Of a stretch of 64,000 nucleotides of DNA, positions 58,458-64,000 are shown piece by piece. Each line of letters opens with the position of its first letter. Positions within the stretch are counted from its first letter, which is position 1. The DNA is from Escherichia phage vB_EcoM_SA20RB. The position numbers and the translations under genes are program-made. A model generated the notes under the pieces. It made no database searches and was not told the DNA's origin. It saw nothing but the letters and a program-made list of their open reading frames with translations. The stretch lies in the sequence record OL960581, one strand, 5' to 3'.

Positions 58458-59917
58458 AGACCAGTTACCTCATGAAAATCACCAAATACATCCTCGAATG
58501 TATTAGCTTTAGTTTTATCTTCACGTAAACGAATCGCAATCGGAAGAAATAATTTAACGTAATCAGTGCGGCCATCAGATTTTAGCCAACCGTTGCATTC
58601 GCACTCTAGAATTTTTCCAATATAATAATTTTGGTTTTCCATAATGCGAGTACGGTCAAGTTCATGTGATTTTACACCGGCTTTATCTTTTAAGCCTGAA
58701 CCAGCATTTACTTTAATTTTTCCACACTCTGATTCAAGAATAAATCCACCTGCTTTAGTAGGGTCTTTACGGTGAGGATAAATTCCTACAATTTTTAAAT
58801 CAACATCAATTACTTCTTTAAATTTATAGAGATTTTTTGAACGAGCATTTTCCCACAATCCATCGGTATTTTTGAGAATAATACCTTCAAGACCTTGGTC
58901 AATATATTTTTTATAAATTACCTTAGCTTCATCTAGGTTATTTACTACCTGGTTTTCAATTAAAATTACTTTATCATATCCTGATGTCATTTGTTCTAGT
59001 TTAGAAAAACGTACATCATATTTTAAACGAAACGCCGGAAGACCGTATATTTCTACCAACGGGACATAATCCCAGACCTGAAACTTCATGCATTTGGCTT
59101 CTTTTTCGGAAATGGTTCCTTTTAAGGATTTATTGGCGATTCCATTAGAAGTAGTACGAGATTCCGCTACTTCGGCGAATTCTTTAGCTTTACTAATTTC
59201 AGGATAAGCATCAAAAAGAAAATCTAGGCCTTCTGGTTCCTTTTTAACTTGCTCATGGTATACCAATTCGCCATCAATTAACACACCTTCTGGATGAATC
59301 TGGCGGGCTTCAGCAGTCATTTTGATTAACTCTTCCTTAAGAAGATCTAATCCTAGATATTCATTACCAGCTCGTGATAAAAGACGAACATCATCTAATT
59401 CATCACCTCGAACTTCAGCAAAACACCGAGCTCCATCTGCTTTTAGCTGTGCAAAAGCTGGAAACTTGATATTCTTACTAATGCCTTTTTCATCATAAGA
59501 ACTTGCCAGCATTTGAGGTTGTTCAGGAATTAAACCTGGCCAAACTTTGTTTGCAATAGATACTGAAGCACCGCATTCAAGGTCTCGCATCATAACTCGA
59601 CGCAAAACTTCAACATCATCCTTTTTACCATCAGTGATATATCCAGTTAATTCCTCAATTGCAGCATTTCCAGTCAATTTCCGAGTAGCTAACGTGAATT
59701 CAATGAAGTCAAGCATATCGGTAATAGTCAGCATTCCAAAACTCTGGGTAGCAATACCAGGTTTAGGCCATTTCTTTATATAATACTGTAACCCACGAGA
59801 ATAAGTCAGACGATATACCCGTTTAAGCAATTCATTATCTTTATTCTTTTCAAGAATTGCTTGCTTCTGCTTAGTTGATCCAATAGATGCTATTTCATTC
59901 AGAATTTTAAGAATCAT
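58454..59917 (-). CDS. 30: ATP-dependent DNA ligase
   Basis: 487 aa; adenylation motif KADGARC; N-terminus MILKILNEIASIGSTKQKQAILEKNKDNELLKRVYRLTYSRGLQYYIKKW matches T4 ligase as I recall it. Confidence 0.92.
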   Translation of the reverse strand: MILKILNEIASIGSTKQKQAILEKNKDNELLKRVYRLTYSRGLQYYIKKWPKPGIATQSFGMLTITDMLDFIEFTLATRKLTGNAAIEELTGYITDGKKDDVEVLRRVMMRDLECGASVSIANKVWPGLIPEQPQMLASSYDEKGISKNIKFPAFAQLKADGARCFAEVRGDELDDVRLLSRAGNEYLGLDLLKEELIKMTAEARQIHPEGVLIDGELVYHEQVKKEPEGLDFLFDAYPEISKAKEFAEVAESRTTSNGIANKSLKGTISEKEAKCMKFQVWDYVPLVEIYGLPAFRLKYDVRFSKLEQMTSGYDKVILIENQVVNNLDEAKVIYKKYIDQGLEGIILKNTDGLWENARSKNLYKFKEVIDVDLKIVGIYPHRKDPTKAGGFILESECGKIKVNAGSGLKDKAGVKSHELDRTRIMENQNYYIGKILECECNGWLKSDGRTDYVKLFLPIAIRLREDKTKANTFEDVFGDFHEVTGL

Positions 59918-60183
59918 TGTTCATCCTTCAGAGTTTGATTTACAGCTCTATTATAAATCAATTCATCATTAAGCTCAGGCAAAGACTTATGATATGTAGT
60001 TCTAACTTTATTTCCTTGCATCCAGTGCTTGACATAAATGAAACCTTGCTCTACACATTTTTTAAAAATTCGTTCGTCTTTTTGAGCTCGGAATTCTGGA
60101 TTGCATCTAAAAAATTGATTTACGTGACCGTAATCACGTGTAGTATTACCTTCATTTTCATAAATAGTGTGAACGACAAACAT
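59914..60183 (-). CDS. 30.1: hypothetical protein 30.1
   Basis: 89 aa; ATGA overlaps. Confidence 0.6.
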   Translation of the reverse strand: MFVVHTIYENEGNTTRDYGHVNQFFRCNPEFRAQKDERIFKKCVEQGFIYVKHWMQGNKVRTTYHKSLPELNDELIYNRAVNQTLKDEQ

Positions 60184-61046
60184 TAGAATGCTCCTTGGAA
60201 AATATTATCACCACTAGTAAATCTATTAAAATACCCTGCATCGCCAGGCTTGGTATAACTCCACGTATGGAATGGATTCATATGATATGGGTGTGTATAA
60301 TATGGATTATATGGATGTGTATAATATGGATTATACGGATTAAATCCAGGAGTTCTCCAGGTAGTGTTCCAACGAAAAGAATCGTTTTTAACCATCTTCT
60401 CAATTACATCTTTTATAGCTTTTTCACTATCAAAACTTTCTTTATTTTCCTTTGGTGAAAAAAGCTTATTTTCTATATCATTCCATGTATAAACTCGCTG
60501 TGCAGTTTTTGGAATTTTATCACGCTCTCCTCGAGCCATCCAATAAACCGGAACATTTAATATTTCACTCGCATGGTCGCAGTGGTGAGCGAGATCGTCA
60601 ATATAACAAATTACGTTATATTTCTCTTTTGCCTTTTTGAATAACTCTTCTTTTGAAGAATCATGACCACACATCATTACTTCTGAGAAGGCACCAGGAA
60701 AAAGAGCATTCAAATTAAATTGACGATTCAACAGAGCGTCAATAGAATCACCCAATGCTGTAACAGCTACAAAATTATAATCTTCTTTTAATTTGTTAAT
60801 TACACACAGGGCATCTTTATACGGAGACAAATAACGAATAAAATCTGAACGATTGTATTTTTCAATTAACTTGACACCAAGTTCTTCATCACAATTAAAG
60901 AGTTTACCTGGAGAAATAAATTTCTCATCTTGGATCATTTTTAAAATATGTTCTAACGGAAGATTATATTTCTGAGCAAAATAAGGAAGGCCTGATTGCC
61001 AGCTTAAACATACTCCATCAATATCAGTCAAAATAGTTGGCTTCAT
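60183..61046 (-). CDS. 30.2: HAD-superfamily hydrolase-like protein 30.2 with Pro/Tyr-rich repeat
   Basis: 287 aa; motif I ILTDIDGV, motif IV YIDD; C-terminal NPYNPYYTHPYNPYYTHPY. Confidence 0.65.
   Translation of the reverse strand: MKPTILTDIDGVCLSWQSGLPYFAQKYNLPLEHILKMIQDEKFISPGKLFNCDEELGVKLIEKYNRSDFIRYLSPYKDALCVINKLKEDYNFVAVTALGDSIDALLNRQFNLNALFPGAFSEVMMCGHDSSKEELFKKAKEKYNVICYIDDLAHHCDHASEILNVPVYWMARGERDKIPKTAQRVYTWNDIENKLFSPKENKESFDSEKAIKDVIEKMVKNDSFRWNTTWRTPGFNPYNPYYTHPYNPYYTHPYHMNPFHTWSYTKPGDAGYFNRFTSGDNIFQGAF
60293..60340. repeat. 2 x 24-bp tandem repeat inside 30.2
   Basis: gtgtataatatggattata[t/c]ggat twice; encodes the PYNPYYTH repeat on the minus strand. Confidence 0.7.
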
Positions 61047-61507
61047 AGAGAGTCTCTTAATAGGTTTAACACATCAATAAATTCAGCTTCGGTTAGTATT
61101 GTATCATCTTTTGTTAGACCACTAGCCATGCTATGCTTCAAAACTTTTCCTTTCGAGGCTTGTAATGCATTGCGAAATCCCTTGTTTTGGATCGCTGCTT
61201 CAAAATATGCATTTGTGTATAATTCTTTCCATGCTTCGGAATATCTTGAAAACGGAGTTCCAAGCCAGAACAACGTGCCACGGTCCTGAGCTCTTGCATA
61301 AGACCTTCCAGCTTGTTGGGCGGCAAGCCCGGATAACCCAAATATACGACGCTGTTGTTCAACATTTTTCACCTTGCACCCTTGGAGGAATCCTTCAAGA
61401 CCTCCAAATTGAATACCATCCATAACGAAAGGCCATTTGGCGAAATTACTTAATGCACATGATGGCCACCTAAAATTGCTTCTAATCTCTAACTCAGACA
61501 TTTTCAA
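61043..61507 (-). CDS. 30.3: NADAR/YbiA-like domain protein 30.3
   Basis: 154 aa; ALSNFAKWPFVMDGIQFGGLEGFLQGCK resembles the NADAR core (SNF...F..DG..F.S.E..FQ..K). Confidence 0.55.
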   Translation of the reverse strand: MKMSELEIRSNFRWPSCALSNFAKWPFVMDGIQFGGLEGFLQGCKVKNVEQQRRIFGLSGLAAQQAGRSYARAQDRGTLFWLGTPFSRYSEAWKELYTNAYFEAAIQNKGFRNALQASKGKVLKHSMASGLTKDDTILTEAEFIDVLNLLRDSL

Positions 61508-61700
61508 TGCTTATAATTTCAACATCAGCCCAATGACCATAGCAAGGAAGACGAAATTCAACTGGCCAGTTAGGGTCCTTTTCTAATATAATAGACTTAA
61601 CTTGTGGTTCTTCATGTTCATCTGTATACGGATTTTTATCTGTTACTTTATATGTGACCTTAATGTACTGAATTCCAAAAATCTTATTAATTATATTCAT
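61494..61700 (-). CDS. 30.4: hypothetical protein 30.4
   Basis: 68 aa; overlapping gene array. Confidence 0.55.
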   Translation of the reverse strand: MNIINKIFGIQYIKVTYKVTDKNPYTDEHEEPQVKSIILEKDPNWPVEFRLPCYGHWADVEIISIENV

Positions 61701-61894
61701 ACTAATTCCTTTAATCCATAGATAGGAGATAATTCATCACCCATACGAAGGTCTTCATTTCCATCTACCCAGGAAACAATATAAGCATCTTTTACTTGAA
61801 CATCTCCCAATTTAAATGCAGGTAAAACCTTAGAAATTAATCCAGGTATACCAATTCCCTTTAATTCAACAGTTTGACCTAAAAAGAATTTCAT
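61697..61894 (-). CDS. 30.5: hypothetical protein 30.5
   Basis: 65 aa. Confidence 0.55.
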   Translation of the reverse strand: MKFFLGQTVELKGIGIPGLISKVLPAFKLGDVQVKDAYIVSWVDGNEDLRMGDELSPIYGLKELV

Positions 61895-62181
61895 TAGAAC
61901 CTCATCTGAAAACCATGCGATTTAACATTACCACCACCAATATCAGAGATATTAATTTCGCGCGCAATTGAAGGGTCAATGTCAATTTCGCGATTGAGTT
62001 TAGTGATAGCTAAAGTATCACGCCCATTTACAGTACGGAACTCTAAAGGGCAGACTACATTAACGTAGTTTTTAATTGATTCACTGGTAGGTTGCAAATG
62101 AGCAGGAAGGTCTTTAGGTGCCTTAGAGAAAACCACTTCACAGAAATTTTTGCGGGTATCAAAATAAGTAGTCATAAACAT
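61894..62181 (-). CDS. 30.6: hypothetical protein 30.6
   Basis: 95 aa. Confidence 0.55.
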   Translation of the reverse strand: MFMTTYFDTRKNFCEVVFSKAPKDLPAHLQPTSESIKNYVNVVCPLEFRTVNGRDTLAITKLNREIDIDPSIAREINISDIGGGNVKSHGFQMRF

Positions 62182-62198
62182 AGTATTTTCCTCAGTAA

Positions 62199-62212
62199 GG
62201 GGCCGAAGCCCC
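62199..62212 (-). terminator. GGGGC-UUCG-GCCCC hairpin after 30.7
   Basis: Plus ggggccgaagcccc followed by T-rich tract; 12 nt after stop of 62224..62589. Confidence 0.45.
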
Positions 62213-62223
62213 TCATTTTTATT

Positions 62224-62589
62224 TTAAATATCAAATTCGTTAAGAACTACATCAAAGATCGCTTCAAGATGCTCAGGTTTAGCTCTGTTACTCAGAATAT
62301 GACGAATCCAAGTTTTAACCAGAAGCTTACGATTGACGCCATTCCAGCAAGGATGAGTACCTAAATCGCGTTGACGGAAATCATCATCTAATGCGATTTT
62401 AAAAGAAGAACCTTCTTTCGTGATTGAAACCGTGATGCCATTTTCAAATCGCATATAAACGTAGTTAGGAGTCATATACTGTTCAATTTCGCATACTGAT
62501 CCATTTTGATGTTTCCAAAGGCAGATAGTATCAATAGAACCTGCAATACCATTAGAAACATATTTACGTTCAAAGTTGATGTAGTTCAT
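62224..62589 (-). CDS. 30.7: hypothetical protein 30.7
   Basis: 121 aa. Confidence 0.6.
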   Translation of the reverse strand: MNYINFERKYVSNGIAGSIDTICLWKHQNGSVCEIEQYMTPNYVYMRFENGITVSITKEGSSFKIALDDDFRQRDLGTHPCWNGVNRKLLVKTWIRHILSNRAKPEHLEAIFDVVLNEFDI

Positions 62590-62657
62590 TTTTATTCTCC
62601 GAGATGTTTAATTGCGGTACAGGTATATAATATCATATCCTGTACCAAAGTAAACAA

Positions 62658-62990
62658 TTATTTTACTACTTTCCAATGTTGCATGTCAAGTTTACCAACT
62701 TTTTTCATCTTCTCAATTAAGCGTTCGGCACGTTGGCGGGCTGTAACATAATACCATTCACCCAATTCATTTTGTTCAATTTTTCCAACGATTACTGTAT
62801 TCAATTCATAAATCCAACCAGTAAAGAAATTATGAACTTGAATTGTAAAGGTGAAATCTGTTCCCATACCTTCTGTTGTTTCTACTTCAATAATATCACC
62901 TTCAACTGCCATTAAGAACCACATAGTTTCATCATATTTACCATTGAAGCATTTAGTTTTAACTGTAGCGTTCAGATTAATCGTTTTCAT
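62658..62990 (-). CDS. 30.8: hypothetical protein 30.8
   Basis: 110 aa; GGAGAATAAAATG RBS; early promoter upstream. Confidence 0.6.
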   Translation of the reverse strand: MKTINLNATVKTKCFNGKYDETMWFLMAVEGDIIEVETTEGMGTDFTFTIQVHNFFTGWIYELNTVIVGKIEQNELGEWYYVTARQRAERLIEKMKKVGKLDMQHWKVVK

Positions 62991-63017
62991 TTTATTCTCC
63001 TTTGTTTGTGTAAGATA

Positions 63018-63052
63018 ATACTATCACAAAGGAACTATACTGTAAACAACTT
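63018..63052 (-). promoter_or_regulatory. sigma70-type early promoter (-35 TTTACA 63046..63041, -10 TAGTAT 63023..63018)
   Basis: Minus: gcataaagTTGTTTACAgtatagttcctttgtgaTAGTAT. Confidence 0.6.
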
Positions 63053-63071
63053 TATGCAATCTTTGGAAAAT

Positions 63072-63095
63072 AAAAAAGGACTCCCGAAGGAGTCC
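63072..63095 (-). terminator. rho-independent terminator after 30.9
   Basis: GGACUCC-UUCG-GGAGUCC followed by UUUUUU on the minus transcript. Confidence 0.6.
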
Positions 63096-63100
63096 TCAAC

Positions 63101-63277
63101 TTATGCTTTCTGCTTACCAAAACGAGAAGCATCATCTCGAAGAACCGCACGTGCTCGGCGCATGATCTTCTCAACAGTTTGATTGATACGAGAGTTCGAC
63201 CCACGCTTGTAACCAGCGCGTTTAGAATCACCAACTTTCTTTTCAACTGCTTTCTTTGCTTTAGCTTGTTTTGCCAT
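63101..63277 (-). CDS. 30.9: small basic protein 30.9 (58 aa from ATG 63277; ORF extends to 63319)
   Basis: MAKQAKAKKAVEKK... Lys/Arg-rich; start chosen at the internal ATG, so the N-terminus is uncertain. Confidence 0.55.
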   Translation of the reverse strand: MAKQAKAKKAVEKKVGDSKRAGYKRGSNSRINQTVEKIMRRARAVLRDDASRFGKQKA

Positions 63278-63471
63278 TATAAATTCTCTTTTAAATGAAA
63301 ATGCAGGACTTATTGGCATTGCCTGCGAAAGCCCTCAAGGGGTACTTAGGTTTTGAATATTTACCGACAGGATAACCATAAACCTCGTCAACATTCAAGA
63401 GGTACACCGTAAAACAAAGTTCGACGGCTCCTCGTTTTAACTTCACACTAAGGCAGTGACTCTCCAATAAA

Positions 63472-63720
63472 TTACTTCAGTGTTACCACAAAGTGACGAA
63501 CTGCTTTTCGTGCAGCAGAAGCCAGAGGCTTAGCATACTTAAGTTCATCTTTTTCCTGAAGCTCAGCGGCTAATGCAGTTTGAGCAGGATTCAGATGTTT
63601 GAAATAACGCAGGATTTCAAGAGCTTCGGCTTCAACATCAATAGATGCGCCATAGTTTTCGTGACCATTATTCCATGCGTTTCGTTGCAGTTCAAGAGCG
63701 TGTTGTAATTGTTTAATCAT
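63472..63720 (-). CDS. rIII: lysis-inhibition accessory protein rIII
   Basis: 82 aa; position between 30.x genes and gene 31. Confidence 0.75.
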   Translation of the reverse strand: MIKQLQHALELQRNAWNNGHENYGASIDVEAEALEILRYFKHLNPAQTALAAELQEKDELKYAKPLASAARKAVRHFVVTLK

Positions 63721-63867
63721 TTAAAAATTCTCGTTAGAGATTAAAACTCGGTAGTCACGTTCTTCTGAATTTCATCTTCTTTCGACAGATCTCTCAGTTG
63801 TAGACTACCACATAGAATTGTTCGGTTAACTTATTATTCCGACACCCAATTCATATTATTATTTATA

Positions 63868-64000
63868 TCACTTATAAAGACACGGAATAGCTTTATAGTG
63901 ACAGGTTACGAATTTTTGTTTAATTTCTTTTGGCTGCTTAAGACCCAGAGCTACAAAAGGATGAGGAACGTTTCGAATTTGACCAACTGGAAGAGAAGTC
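63868..64000 (-). CDS. 31: co-chaperonin gp31 (GroES-like), C-terminal 43 codons (5' end beyond window)
   Basis: Minus frame reads ...[43 protein letters not shown]-stop. Confidence 0.75.

Overview
This window reads as a contiguous segment of a T4-like (Tevenvirinae-type) myovirus genome; gene order, strand pattern and product lengths match the T4 map from nudE to gene 31, recalled from memory with no database search run. Leftward (minus-strand) early/accessory block: Nudix (nudE-like), two small membrane proteins, coiled-coil protein, small ORFs, a candidate internal-protein cassette, stable RNAs, an 8-tRNA operon split by GIY-YIG endonuclease segB, ipI, 57B, 57A, 1, 3, 2, 4. Rightward late morphogenesis block: 53, 5 (hub/lysozyme), 5.1, 5.4 (PAAR), 6-12, wac, 13-15, terminase 16/17, sheath 18, tube 19, portal 20, 67, 68, 21, 22, 23, 24. 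Then leftward rnlB, 24.2, 24.3, hoc, inh; rightward uvsW, uvsW.1; leftward uvsY, 25, 26; rightward 51, 27, 28, 29, 48, 54; leftward two tandem alt-like ADP-ribosyltransferase genes, DNA ligase 30, 30.1-30.9, rIII and the 3' end of gene 31. Regulatory signals are legible: TATAAATA late promoters, MotA-box middle promoters, a family of sigma70-like early promoters with a shared extended motif, and many C(UUCG)G/GNRA hairpin terminators. No CRISPR array, integrase or obvious multi-gene defence island was found. The best candidates for less-described biology are: hoc carrying an extra tandemly duplicated Ig-like domain, the tandem alt paralogs behind a late promoter, a terminator-insulated late cassette encoding a protein with a capsid-targeting-like N-terminus, a tRNA-like stable RNA, 57B as a 2H-phosphoesterase-like protein, and the HAD/NADAR-like pair next to DNA ligase. 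Homing endonuclease genes that I recall at T4 positions (5.1/5.4, 23/24, inh/uvsW) are absent, so this is a relative of T4 rather than T4 itself.
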